Shown here in pieces: positions 29,130-38,855 of a stretch of DNA of 59,469 nt; position 1 is the first letter of the stretch, and every line of letters starts with the position of its first letter. Source of the DNA: an uncultured virus (IMG/VR IMGVR_UViG_3300037400_001251) (Duplodnaviria > Heunggongvirae > Uroviricota > Caudoviricetes). The translations under genes were made by a program, and so were the position numbers. The notes under the pieces were generated by a model, which was not told the origin of the DNA, made no database searches, and was given only the letters and a program-made list of their open reading frames with translations. The stretch lies in the IMG/VR virus record IMGVR_UViG_3300037400_001251. One strand, written 5' to 3'.

Positions 29130-30350
29130 ATGTCTACCTATATAACTTTAGATGATAAGATACAAGAATGTCTTAATATAATAGATAGTCATTTTGCTTA
29201 TTATCTTCCATTTGTATTATATAGTAGGATAATGCCTAGTAAAGATAAAGCTATGACTACTATGTGTATTACTCCTCAATTAAAGATATTCTATAATGAG
29301 CAATTTGTAGATCTATTATCTATAGAAGAATTAAACTTTGTCTTATTACATGAATTTAGTCATATCATATATAATCATCATAATAGATTCAAACCTTATT
29401 TAAATAGATATCCTCATGTAACATTAAATACGGTAGCTGATTTAGAAATCAATAGTTTCTTAAAAGAAAAGGTTGCTCCTAATGAATGTTGCATTAAGAT
29501 ACCTAATAATACAGGTGTATTCCCAGAACAGTTAAACCTACCTAAGTTAAAAACATTTGATGAGTATCTAGAATTATTAGAACAATCTGGTCAGATGCAA
29601 AAGATACCTATGTTAGGACAAGGTGATCCATTAGGTAATGATTGTCAACATGAATCTAGTGATGGTGAAGATGTAGGCCAAGGTAATGATGACTTAACAG
29701 TAGAACAGTTAAGTAAACTATTAGAAGATTGTGAGAATGCTACAAAGCAAAGAGGTGCTCAATCTCTATTAGGTGGTACTCAAGTTATTAAGCCTAAAGT
29801 ATTACCTTATGACTGGAGTAAGATATTAGAAAATCTTATTACTGATGTTTATAAAACTGTAGCTGGTTATGACTATTATACCTATAGTAAAATCAGCAGG
29901 AGAAATGCTAGTAGTAATGATATTATCTTACCTACATATTATAGTCTAGAAGTAGATCTTAAGGTAGTTATTATCTTTGATGTTAGTGGTTCTATGTATG
30001 AAATCAAAGATAAAGTATTTGGTTTACTAATATCTTTAAAGGATTCATTAGGTGATGGCTTACATATAAGGATATTAGAAACAGATACAGAAGTCTTAAG
30101 AGATAGGGGAGATGTTACTATTCAAGATAATACTCCTATTGATATAGTAGATGGCGGTGGGACTGATATGACAGCTGGTTGGAATTATATCAAAAAGAAT
30201 AATATAGAGGCTGATCTTATCATATGTCTTACTGATGGTTATACACCTTATCCTGATCCTCCTATATACAAAGAAAAGTCTGTAATTATGTGGACAGATG
30301 AAGAACCTAATGATAATTGTACTTATAAGAATTATCATGTAAAGATCTAA
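29130..30350 (+). CDS. HEXXH metallopeptidase plus VWA domain protein (DUF2201-like MoxR partner)
   Basis: LLHEFSH, ADLEIN, MIDAS DVSGSM, GGGTD, LTDGY. Confidence 0.88.
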   Translation: MSTYITLDDKIQECLNIIDSHFAYYLPFVLYSRIMPSKDKAMTTMCITPQLKIFYNEQFVDLLSIEELNFVLLHEFSHIIYNHHNRFKPYLNRYPHVTLNTVADLEINSFLKEKVAPNECCIKIPNNTGVFPEQLNLPKLKTFDEYLELLEQSGQMQKIPMLGQGDPLGNDCQHESSDGEDVGQGNDDLTVEQLSKLLEDCENATKQRGAQSLLGGTQVIKPKVLPYDWSKILENLITDVYKTVAGYDYYTYSKISRRNASSNDIILPTYYSLEVDLKVVIIFDVSGSMYEIKDKVFGLLISLKDSLGDGLHIRILETDTEVLRDRGDVTIQDNTPIDIVDGGGTDMTAGWNYIKKNNIEADLIICLTDGYTPYPDPPIYKEKSVIMWTDEEPNDNCTYKNYHVKI

Positions 30351-30367
30351 GAAAGGTATATCAATAT

Positions 30368-30571
30368 ATGTCATTAGATAAAGCTATCGAACATGGCAAA
30401 GAACATCGTAAAGAGTATTATGGATGTCAAGCAGTAGATCACACTTGTAGACCTCATGGAAGCTGTGACTTTTGTAAAGATGGTAGACTCCATAAATATA
30501 AGAAACGAATGTTAGAAGCTGATGAAGATGCTAAATTTGATTTTGATGACGAAGGAGAATTAGATGAATAA
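30368..30571 (+). CDS. Small Cys/His-rich phage protein
   Basis: MSLDKAIEHGKEHRKEY...CRPHGSCDFC, a putative Zn site. Confidence 0.7.
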   Translation: MSLDKAIEHGKEHRKEYYGCQAVDHTCRPHGSCDFCKDGRLHKYKKRMLEADEDAKFDFDDEGELDE

Positions 30572-30962
30572 GGATATTAAAATAGCTGTCTATTTTAAAA
30601 ATAGAGAAAAACCTATTATCTTAACAGATACTATTACTAATGAAGATACTTATGAAAATAAGTTAGACTTCTTCCATAAGTTATTAAATGGTGAAGAAAA
30701 GATTACTACTATTGATTTCTTAAAAGATAACTTTATCTTTAATACTAAGGATATTCAAAGTGTAGTAATATCTAAACCTGAATTAACTACAGATACAGAT
30801 CTTATTGTAACTGATGAAGAAGATGATGACTTAGCTTTATCTAAAGGTGAAATCATTGAATCTAAACCATTAGACTTAGGTAAGAATGAAGATGAAGATA
30901 ATGTCGATGATTTAGATGCAGATAAAGATGATAGTGAATCTGTCGAAGTAGTAGAATCTTAA
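30564..30962 (+). CDS. Hypothetical protein with an acidic tail
   Basis: 132 aa, AAGGAG SD. Confidence 0.7.
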   Translation: MNKDIKIAVYFKNREKPIILTDTITNEDTYENKLDFFHKLLNGEEKITTIDFLKDNFIFNTKDIQSVVISKPELTTDTDLIVTDEEDDDLALSKGEIIESKPLDLGKNEDEDNVDDLDADKDDSESVEVVES

Positions 30963-30978
30963 GTAATGAATTAATACT

Positions 30979-31022
30979 GGCTAGACTCTAAAGATTATAT
31001 AACTATAAGGGTCTAGCCTTTT
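30979..31022 (+). terminator. Probable intrinsic terminator
   Basis: GGCTAGACTCT / AGGGTCTAGCC stem followed by TTTT. Confidence 0.65.
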
Positions 31023-31055
31023 ACCAATCTAACTAATTGAAAGGAAATTATTATA

Positions 31056-31442
31056 ATGTTACGTAAATTTAATGTCGTAGGAAAATCATGGTTATCTAAG
31101 GTCTATAAATCTAGAGAAGTCACTGAAGGTGTTATCCATGGAAAGAAGTCTGATGTCGTTTGTAAGAGAGAAGACTTTACTAGTTTCTTAGAATTGTCTA
31201 GAAATAATGGTGACCCTGATAGAAACATTTATCAACTAGAATTAAAGAATGATATAGCTGATGCTATTATTGATGAACTAGCTGAAGATGTTAATAAGTA
31301 TTGTGAATACTCTATCCAACAGAATGGAATTAAATGGACTATAAAAGAAAACCCAATAGTTAAAACTTTTATAGCAGAAACCTTTGATGATTTACCTAAT
31401 GAATTACCTGATTGGATAGGGGAAGAAATCAAAGATGAATGA
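31056..31442 (+). CDS. Hypothetical protein
   Basis: 128 aa, TTGAAAGGA SD. Confidence 0.72.
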   Translation: MLRKFNVVGKSWLSKVYKSREVTEGVIHGKKSDVVCKREDFTSFLELSRNNGDPDRNIYQLELKNDIADAIIDELAEDVNKYCEYSIQQNGIKWTIKENPIVKTFIAETFDDLPNELPDWIGEEIKDE

Positions 31443-31538
31443 TGTTGATATCGAAAATATGGTACTAACTGAAAAGATGAAAACAATGGAATTACTTCCA
31501 CACTAATTTTAAATTAACTTTGAAAGGACAATGTTATT

Positions 31539-31739
31539 ATGCCAAGTTCATTATGGTTTGAATTAAGAGATGCAGGTTGTTTCAGTAATCAATCTTCTTA
31601 TCAGAGATCTTATGACAATGATCGTAGGAATTATATCGAAGCTAGAAATGGTTGTCATGAATTACACACTGCTTTAAATAATCTTAGAGATAGTAATAGT
31701 AATAATTCTAAAGATGATAAGGAAGATAAAGATAAGTAA
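31539..31739 (+). CDS. Small hypothetical protein
   Basis: 66 aa, TTGAAAGGACAA SD. Confidence 0.65.
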   Translation: MPSSLWFELRDAGCFSNQSSYQRSYDNDRRNYIEARNGCHELHTALNNLRDSNSNNSKDDKEDKDK

Positions 31740-31740
31740 A

Positions 31741-31911
31741 ATGACATTAGAAGAAGCCATAGAATGTTGTAAAGCTAAATCGGATAAGAATGGTAATTAT
31801 AATAGTTTGTGGCACCATCAATTATATGAATGGCTAAAGGAACTTAAGGCTCGAAGAGATAGAGAAGTTCCTAATTTTTCTAATGTTATTAAAGAACAGG
31901 AAGATTTATAA
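31741..31911 (+). CDS. Small phage protein, MTLEEAI...HxQLxxWL type
   Basis: Paralog of 49337..49534, which supports the start at ATG 31741. Confidence 0.7.
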   Translation: MTLEEAIECCKAKSDKNGNYNSLWHHQLYEWLKELKARRDREVPNFSNVIKEQEDL

Positions 31912-31913
31912 AG

Positions 31914-32237
31914 ATGGATAGTAAATTGAAAGGATTGATAGATCATTATATCATATGTAAGAAACAATTAGATGATGCTAGTGAAGCTATATGGCATTAT
32001 CTTAATTATGAGTATAATGATATTAATGATGATAGTAATGACCCTAATCTATTAATTAATAATAAGCCATCTTCTCAAATGGTAGTAACTACTTCTAAAG
32101 GTGGTTTACCTCTTATGTGTAATAATTGTGGAGGTAATCTATTTAGTTGGGATGGTAAGTTATTAAGATGTGATTGCGGTACACCTAAATGTGTAGAAGA
32201 AAATGATAAATTCTATGTTAGTTGGAGAGCTGATTAA
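31914..32237 (+). CDS. Zinc-ribbon protein
   Basis: CNNCGG...CDCG. Confidence 0.6.
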   Translation: MDSKLKGLIDHYIICKKQLDDASEAIWHYLNYEYNDINDDSNDPNLLINNKPSSQMVVTTSKGGLPLMCNNCGGNLFSWDGKLLRCDCGTPKCVEENDKFYVSWRAD

Positions 32238-32277
32238 AAGGCTTTCTAACTAATATAGTTCTGCCTTCCTACTTTTT

Positions 32278-32311
32278 ATCTCCGGGATTAATTTCTCGGA
32301 GATTTTTTTTT
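32278..32311 (+). terminator. Intrinsic terminator at the convergence of the two arms
   Basis: ATCTCCGGGA / TCTCGGAGAT stem followed by a long T run. Confidence 0.8.
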
Positions 32312-32316
32312 GCTTC

Positions 32317-34248
32317 TTAACAGACACTGAACTCTTCACTCATTAATCTATCATACATAGCAATAAGATTCTTATCCTTTTTACCACCATCTACGATAGA
32401 TTCAAAACCATCTCTAGACCATTCCATAATATCTTCCATTCTAGTAGATAGATTACCCTTATCACCAGTATCTAACAATATGGTATATATAAAGACATCA
32501 GTATCTTGTCCTATTCTATGAATTCTATCACTAGCTTGTAAGTAGTCAGTATATCTAAATGGCTTATTTAAGAATATCATTGTATTAGCTACAGTTAATG
32601 TTACACCAGTAACTAACATTTGGGTAGTAGATATCAAAGGATTAATCTTACTATCTTTAGTAAATTCTTCAACTGCAGATTTAGCATCACCATGTCCGCC
32701 ATGTAATAGTAATGCTTTAAAACCTAATTTTCTAATATGTTCATAAGCAGCTTCAACACTATCTATAAAAGAACTAAAGATAATAGTTTTCTTTATAGCC
32801 TTATTAATAATACCTTTGAAGTCTACTTTCTCTACCATCTTACTAGTCATTTCTTTTCTTAGATTAATTAATAGATTACCTATAACTTCTCCTCTTACTT
32901 TTAATTCTACATATTTAACAGCAGTCTTACTATCATTAAATTTCTTTTTAAGTTCGTTAGGTAATAGAGGGTAGATTACATTCTTTTCATAATCATTAAC
33001 TCTAGTGGCTATTTCCATTAATCTTTTATCATTAGTAGAAAAGACACTATTCTTTAATATATTGAAATCTTTTTGATATTGTTTAAATTCTTTAGTACTA
33101 GGTAAATCAGTATTATCTTTAATCCAATCAATACACATATTATAATCATTAATGTATTGTTGCATTTTAGATCTATGGTAATTTAATCTATCCTTAGCAT
33201 ATTTAATACATTCTTCTTTAACTTTATCAATAGTATATTTATCACCATCAGATATCTTTACTTTTATAGTATCTTCAGTTTTCTTAGGTAAAGATAATAC
33301 TTCTTCTTTTACTTTACGATACATAATCTGACTTAATCTAGCATGTAATATATCATTAGCTAATGTAGTATTAATACCAAAAGCCTTCTTAAATATGTCT
33401 AATGCTTCGTTATCAAAGAGTTTATCTAACATCATTAACATTGGTATTATTTCACTACCTACTGCTTTTAAAGGAGTTCCACTTAATAATAATGAATCTT
33501 TACATTTAGTATCATTAATTAATGATAAAGCATTAGTAGTTCTTTGACTTTTCTTTAAGAAGTTATGTGACTCATCTAATATTATACCAGTGTTATATTT
33601 AGTGAACATAGATTTATAAGAATCTATCTTATCCATAGATTCATAATTGTATATATAATAATCATACTCTTCACTAAAGTTTTTATCACCTACTACATAT
33701 ACACTTTTATCTTTAATGAAAGTATTTATATGCTTTTGCCATACAGTATATAACGTAGACTTAGGTGCTACTATGATAACCTTTTCTTTCTTTAAAGCTA
33801 ACATAGTAGCTAATGAGGTCATTGTCTTACCTAGACCTTGGTCAAAAGATAATATCAATCCTCTTAATTGAAATAGATCTTTCATCTTAGGATATTCTTC
33901 AATGAATTTCCTTTGATAATCTTTTAGTGTAACTGATGGCATGTAATTACTTATGTTAGATACATCTATTTTAGTAACTCTTTTACTATTAGACATCCAT
34001 GTATTTTCTATTATTAAGTTAATTAAATCAGGTGAATAATTAAACTTACGTAATAGATATACTAATTCAGGTATGAAGAATTTATGAACAATGATAGTTC
34101 TATATCCCCATACACTAAAGCCACTAGCTTGAAAAAGATTTCTTAACTTATTAGTCTTATAATACTTACCTAAATCTTTAGCAAACTGGTATACAGGAAA
34201 CCAAGTAATTATATACTTATTGCCATGTTCAGATACACTACTATACAT
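32317..34248 (-). CDS. SNF2-family (SF2) helicase/ATPase
   Basis: LKDYQ, DQGLGKT, IVAPKS, LDESH, LSGTP, GVTLTVA, QASDRIHRIGQ. Confidence 0.92.
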   Translation of the reverse strand: MYSSVSEHGNKYIITWFPVYQFAKDLGKYYKTNKLRNLFQASGFSVWGYRTIIVHKFFIPELVYLLRKFNYSPDLINLIIENTWMSNSKRVTKIDVSNISNYMPSVTLKDYQRKFIEEYPKMKDLFQLRGLILSFDQGLGKTMTSLATMLALKKEKVIIVAPKSTLYTVWQKHINTFIKDKSVYVVGDKNFSEEYDYYIYNYESMDKIDSYKSMFTKYNTGIILDESHNFLKKSQRTTNALSLINDTKCKDSLLLSGTPLKAVGSEIIPMLMMLDKLFDNEALDIFKKAFGINTTLANDILHARLSQIMYRKVKEEVLSLPKKTEDTIKVKISDGDKYTIDKVKEECIKYAKDRLNYHRSKMQQYINDYNMCIDWIKDNTDLPSTKEFKQYQKDFNILKNSVFSTNDKRLMEIATRVNDYEKNVIYPLLPNELKKKFNDSKTAVKYVELKVRGEVIGNLLINLRKEMTSKMVEKVDFKGIINKAIKKTIIFSSFIDSVEAAYEHIRKLGFKALLLHGGHGDAKSAVEEFTKDSKINPLISTTQMLVTGVTLTVANTMIFLNKPFRYTDYLQASDRIHRIGQDTDVFIYTILLDTGDKGNLSTRMEDIMEWSRDGFESIVDGGKKDKNLIAMYDRLMSEEFSVC

Positions 34249-34253
34249 GATTA

Positions 34254-35246
34254 TTATACACCTGCTGGTTTAGCATCTATGTTAGGATTATTCTTATATC
34301 TAATTCTATTTAGATATTTACCTAATAAGTTATTACCAATGTTAGGTTCATTACTAGCACATACACATATAACTTCACTAGGTACTAAGAATTCTTGAAA
34401 TATCCATGTATCAGGTATTATACCAATAGACCTATATACTTTTTGGCATAATCTATAAAAGTCATAATCATGCATCTCACCATAATAAGAATTATATACG
34501 TATTCTAATAATCTTTCTAATTTAGAATAATATGTGCTATTCTTATCAGTAACACTTTCATATATATTATATAATTCTTCAAATCGTTTTTCTATAGCAC
34601 CACGTAATAATGATCTATTAGATTCACTCTTAATATTAGTAAAGAATTTTAATAATTTAGCTTTATCATTTGGAGTAATATCTTGTTCAAAGAACATATC
34701 AATGAAGTTATTAAACCATTTCTTTAATAGATCCTTTACTTTAGGGTCATTAGAGAAACCAGATACTTCGCCAGCAAACCTATGTTGAAATTCATGAGTT
34801 AATATTCCATATATAACTTTACTAGATATGTCACCTGCTAAATCTCTTAAGTTACTAGTCATTAAAACTATTTGAGTACCATCATAGAAACCCATTATAC
34901 TACCACCAGATAAACCAACTATCTGAGTAAATATCTTTACAAAGTTTTCAGTTATATCTAATATCCATAAGTTATGAGTATATACAGGAATGACACCTTT
35001 CTTATTAATAGCCTTAATCATTAACTTCTTAACAGGATTACTGAACATCTTATTACTATTAATAGACTTAATGAATTCTTCACCTAACTCTTTAGACCAA
35101 TAACCTATTACTTCACCTTGTGCTTTAACAGGCTTCTTATTTTCACCTATAGTAGAATAGAATGATTCTAATAGGTTAGCCTTATCCTTATTATATACAT
35201 CAACAGGATATAATGTTCCTATGGTTTCTTCATTTTTAAACTTCAT
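34254..35246 (-). CDS. Putative zincin metalloprotease-like protein
   Basis: GFYDG...ILTHEFQH (HEXXH). LLES site near the N-terminus. Confidence 0.5.
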   Translation of the reverse strand: MKFKNEETIGTLYPVDVYNKDKANLLESFYSTIGENKKPVKAQGEVIGYWSKELGEEFIKSINSNKMFSNPVKKLMIKAINKKGVIPVYTHNLWILDITENFVKIFTQIVGLSGGSIMGFYDGTQIVLMTSNLRDLAGDISSKVIYGILTHEFQHRFAGEVSGFSNDPKVKDLLKKWFNNFIDMFFEQDITPNDKAKLLKFFTNIKSESNRSLLRGAIEKRFEELYNIYESVTDKNSTYYSKLERLLEYVYNSYYGEMHDYDFYRLCQKVYRSIGIIPDTWIFQEFLVPSEVICVCASNEPNIGNNLLGKYLNRIRYKNNPNIDAKPAGV

Positions 35247-35295
35247 GACATAATACCTTTAGTTATAGAGATTTCAATTATTATATTTATGTGAC

Positions 35296-35333
35296 AAAAA
35301 AGTCGCCCTCCTACTTGATATAAGTAAGAGGGC
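35296..35333 (-). terminator. Intrinsic terminator
   Basis: On the minus strand, GCCCTCTTACTT / AAGTAGGAGGGC stem then GACTTTTTT and GTCAC. Confidence 0.75.
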
Positions 35334-35415
35334 TTACGAGAAAAGGATTTTCAAAATGACAACAGTCAAAACGAAACATGAGTGTAACGCAATAATAATT
35401 TTTATATAGACTTCT

Positions 35416-36330
35416 TTAGAACATTGGCATTAAATCTAATGGCCCTTGTTTTAATATAATAGATCCATTAGCTTGTAAATAATTTTTAGTATTACACATA
35501 AAGCTTAATGTTTGGTTATTACAAGGATATGTCTTAATCTTATACATATAACCAAACTTAGTAGTCTTACTTAGTTTAGGTCTCTTAATTCTAATGTAAT
35601 CATCTATTAATTGTCTACCATCAATAATAGAAGTCTTAGTGCATATTACATAACCTTTATCAGTATCTAATTTAACATCTATATCTTTTACTAATGATAA
35701 AGTGTCTATTATCTTATTACCTTTATAGATACCAACTAGTATATCCATTTTAAAAGGAACTATACTTATAGTTTCTTTATAGAAATCATTTATCTTTTCT
35801 ATTTCTTTTTCACTTATAATATTAGCTTGTTGTAATGAACTATCCATAATATTTACCTGTATTTCTATTGTAGTATTACTATTAATAACATTAATAGGAG
35901 TAGGATCATTTAATTTGATTTCTTCATCATTAACATTAGATATAGTGGTAAAAGTATTTTCAGTAGAATCTTCTATTACCATATACATATAGCAATAATC
36001 TATACTATCATTATTATGTAATTCTCTTATTTGGTTTACTTGTGTGATAATAGATTCACCATGAATAATTATATCCTTATTGTTATCTTTGAATTTAATC
36101 TTACCACTATCATAATCATAAGTAATATTCCAATTTAATCCTAAGATATTACATACATAATTATTAGAATGATATGGTTTAAAATTATTCATATCATCAG
36201 TATTAATTTTATCATTAGCTATATATAACCATAGTTTTAATCTATCATCTTCAGTGATAGATTCATTATATTGATTCCAAAACTCTTTAAATGGTAAATA
36301 CTTCTTAGCAGTAGGACCTGGTCTTATCAT
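35416..36330 (-). CDS. Hypothetical protein
   Basis: 304-aa ORF with a TGAAAGGA SD. Confidence 0.75.
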   Translation of the reverse strand: MIRPGPTAKKYLPFKEFWNQYNESITEDDRLKLWLYIANDKINTDDMNNFKPYHSNNYVCNILGLNWNITYDYDSGKIKFKDNNKDIIIHGESIITQVNQIRELHNNDSIDYCYMYMVIEDSTENTFTTISNVNDEEIKLNDPTPINVINSNTTIEIQVNIMDSSLQQANIISEKEIEKINDFYKETISIVPFKMDILVGIYKGNKIIDTLSLVKDIDVKLDTDKGYVICTKTSIIDGRQLIDDYIRIKRPKLSKTTKFGYMYKIKTYPCNNQTLSFMCNTKNYLQANGSIILKQGPLDLMPMF

Positions 36331-36336
36331 GATATT

Positions 36337-36612
36337 TTAGTTTCCTTTCATAAGTAATGCTTTATATGATCTTCTGTTAAAATCAACGATAAAAGATTTT
36401 AATTTAGATTCAGGATATATTTTTAAGAATATGGTATCACTAGTCTTTTCTGAAGTAGTATCTATACCCATTTTAAAATTTAATATATCTCCATTTTCTA
36501 AATGCTTATTACAGATATCTACGATAGATTGTATAATCTCTTCTTGTAAACTTAATTTATGTTTACCATCTACTTCATTAATTACATCTACGATATCTTC
36601 TAGTGATAACAA
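36337..36612 (-). CDS. Hypothetical protein
   Basis: 91-aa ORF with a TTGAAAGGA SD. Confidence 0.65.
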   Translation of the reverse strand: MLSLEDIVDVINEVDGKHKLSLQEEIIQSIVDICNKHLENGDILNFKMGIDTTSEKTSDTIFLKIYPESKLKSFIVDFNRRSYKALLMKGN

Positions 36613-36689
36613 TTTCTTATGATATTCCTTTCAACACTATATACCTATTAATTATTATTATAGAATGTATAGTATATTTTAAACCTCAG

Positions 36690-36780
36690 CGTGAAAAGGG
36701 TGCCTTTAGTATATCTCTATACCAAAGGCACTAATCCATTATATTCTAATGGAGGGGCTATGTGAAAGGAAGCATAGCCC
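36690..36780 (-). terminator. Three tandem hairpins after the sheath gene, the last followed by CTTTTCACG
   Basis: Stems at 36755-36780 (GGGCTATG/CATAGCCC), 36735-36753 (TCCATTA/TAATGGA) and 36700-36731 (14 bp, G-U in the minus sense). Confidence 0.65.
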
Positions 36781-36800
36781 AAAATTCCCCTAAAGAATCA

Positions 36801-38687
36801 TTAACGTATGTATTCGTTAATTTCAATCTTTTCAATTACCTTAGTAGGCCATAGAATAATATTGACATGACACTTCTTCATCTTATATTCATATTCGTCA
36901 GCGCCTACATCTACAGTAAACTTATCAATGTTACCAGCATCTTGTTGACTCTTCAAGAATTCATTAAGTGATTTAGAAATTCTAGCATGAGTTGTTGGAG
37001 TATTCTTCTTATAGATAAAGTTATTACAGAAAGTCTTAACAGTTCTAGTAATGAATAATACTACATTAACTATGTTGATATCGCTTAAAGAACTATCCTT
37101 CATTTGAGAGGTTAACTGTTGATAAATACAAGTACCATTTCTAAACATAGCAAGGTAGTTGACTCTATCAATATACAAGTTATCCATATCACCACGTAAA
37201 GGATAATATCTTAATTCTTTAGCTTCATTACACATAGCATGGTCAAATCCAGCAGGAGCATCACCTAATGTAGCAACAGTTAAAGTATAAGGCATAGCTT
37301 GAGCCATATGATAAATTGGAGAAACCCAAATTTCTCTACCCAAGTCTATTTGTCTTACTCTACTCCAGTTACCATATATAGCAGCATACCATGTATTGAA
37401 ATTATAATACTTCTGTTTAGTTTCAATATCATCATCTGGACTAGAACTATCAGGTAATGTAATGAATGCTATACAATCTTTTCTATATAATTTAGAAAGA
37501 GCTACAGCAGCATCAGCTATATACGTAGAAGCATATGGGCAAAGTACATATGGGAAATATACATATTCAGTATCCAATAACTTAGTATCTATTAAACCAG
37601 AGTAAGCTTTGATTAATAGATCTTCAGCTACAGATGGAACTATCATATTATTTTCGCCATATAGACTACCACTTGAACCATTACCTAACATCTTATAATC
37701 TAAATCATTTGGTGATTCAGCACTAAACATTGAATAGAACATATTGAATACTGACCAGTCATCACCATCGAATAGATATCTTTCGTTAGCTTCTTCAACT
37801 AATACTACATAACCTCTTACAGGTGTATCAGCTACTTCCCATAAATTTTCACCAGCATTAAATGACATAATCATATTGTCATAGCCTACAAAAGCACCAG
37901 TTGCATTTGGAGCAGCAATATATCTATCACCATCTAATGGATCTACAGGAGGTTCACTTACTATAGCTTTAACAGGATCTACTGTAGCAAAATCTTTAAA
38001 GTTGTCTATGTTATTTAGATTAACTAAGCATTTAAGTCTAGTGTCATTAGCTTTAAGTACATCTTCGATAAACAAGCTATCACCTTCAAGGCTTAGCATG
38101 TTTTCTTTAAAAGCTACTTTGTAAGTTCTATCTATATACATATCGCCTTGTTTATCTTTTAGATATAAGTCAAGACTATAAGTATCTTCTTCATTAATTA
38201 CAGGTGTAAGGTTAATACCAATATCATTATACCATTCACCTCTACCCATACCATAGAATACCATGATAGGTTTAGTAGAAGTTAATGTAGAACCACCTAT
38301 TAAAGTTTCAATTTCTTTTTCACTATTCATGTCAGGTATACTCATTAATGAGAATACTTGTTTACCATTATCTAATGTAGTAATACCTAACATTAATGTA
38401 GCGAATGTAGCATCATCTGGAAGTAATCTTATACCGTATGAACCACCACTTATTGATAACCATCTATCTAGGTCTATCCAGCCTTCTCTGAAGTTCTTAC
38501 CCTGAACGGTAAGATCATTAACAGTGAACTCACTTCTTAATGTCTTTCTACCATTAATGTAAGCTAACTTGTTATCTATACCTTTATCAGAAAAGAATGG
38601 CATGAACACTGTAGTAACTGATGCTGCATTTACATATTCACTTTCGTCAATTATGTTGACATATACACCAGGTGAAATCTGTAACAT
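36801..38687 (-). CDS. Contractile tail sheath protein with a DUF2793-like insertion
   Basis: N-terminal SPGVYVNIIDES, WYAAIYGNW, APAGF, C-terminal VNIILWPTKVIEKIEI. Insert EPPVDPLDGDRYI...GAFVG. Confidence 0.9.
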   Translation of the reverse strand: MLQISPGVYVNIIDESEYVNAASVTTVFMPFFSDKGIDNKLAYINGRKTLRSEFTVNDLTVQGKNFREGWIDLDRWLSISGGSYGIRLLPDDATFATLMLGITTLDNGKQVFSLMSIPDMNSEKEIETLIGGSTLTSTKPIMVFYGMGRGEWYNDIGINLTPVINEEDTYSLDLYLKDKQGDMYIDRTYKVAFKENMLSLEGDSLFIEDVLKANDTRLKCLVNLNNIDNFKDFATVDPVKAIVSEPPVDPLDGDRYIAAPNATGAFVGYDNMIMSFNAGENLWEVADTPVRGYVVLVEEANERYLFDGDDWSVFNMFYSMFSAESPNDLDYKMLGNGSSGSLYGENNMIVPSVAEDLLIKAYSGLIDTKLLDTEYVYFPYVLCPYASTYIADAAVALSKLYRKDCIAFITLPDSSSPDDDIETKQKYYNFNTWYAAIYGNWSRVRQIDLGREIWVSPIYHMAQAMPYTLTVATLGDAPAGFDHAMCNEAKELRYYPLRGDMDNLYIDRVNYLAMFRNGTCIYQQLTSQMKDSSLSDINIVNVVLFITRTVKTFCNNFIYKKNTPTTHARISKSLNEFLKSQQDAGNIDKFTVDVGADEYEYKMKKCHVNIILWPTKVIEKIEINEYIR

Positions 38688-38721
38688 TCTTTTAGTTCTC
38701 CTATTCTTTTGAAAATTTTAA

Positions 38722-38771
38722 CGTGTTAAATTGACCCATACAGTTCTTTCAAAAAGAACCATATGGGCCAA
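38722..38771 (-). terminator. 19-bp hairpin between the capsid and sheath genes, followed by TTTAACACG
   Basis: 38731-38749 pairs with 38753-38771. All three mismatches are G-U in the minus sense. Confidence 0.65.
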
Positions 38772-38855
38772 TCTTAATTAACTTTGAGATTTCTAAATAT
38801 TATTTAAATGGTTAAGAATCTCATAATCCCCATTAGGTTTAACTATCTTTTAAAA

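Noticed and set aside
35416..36612. Tail tube gene downstream of the sheath
   Set aside because: Neither the 91-aa nor the 304-aa ORF shows recognisable gp19-like motifs, and both are separated from the sheath by hairpins.
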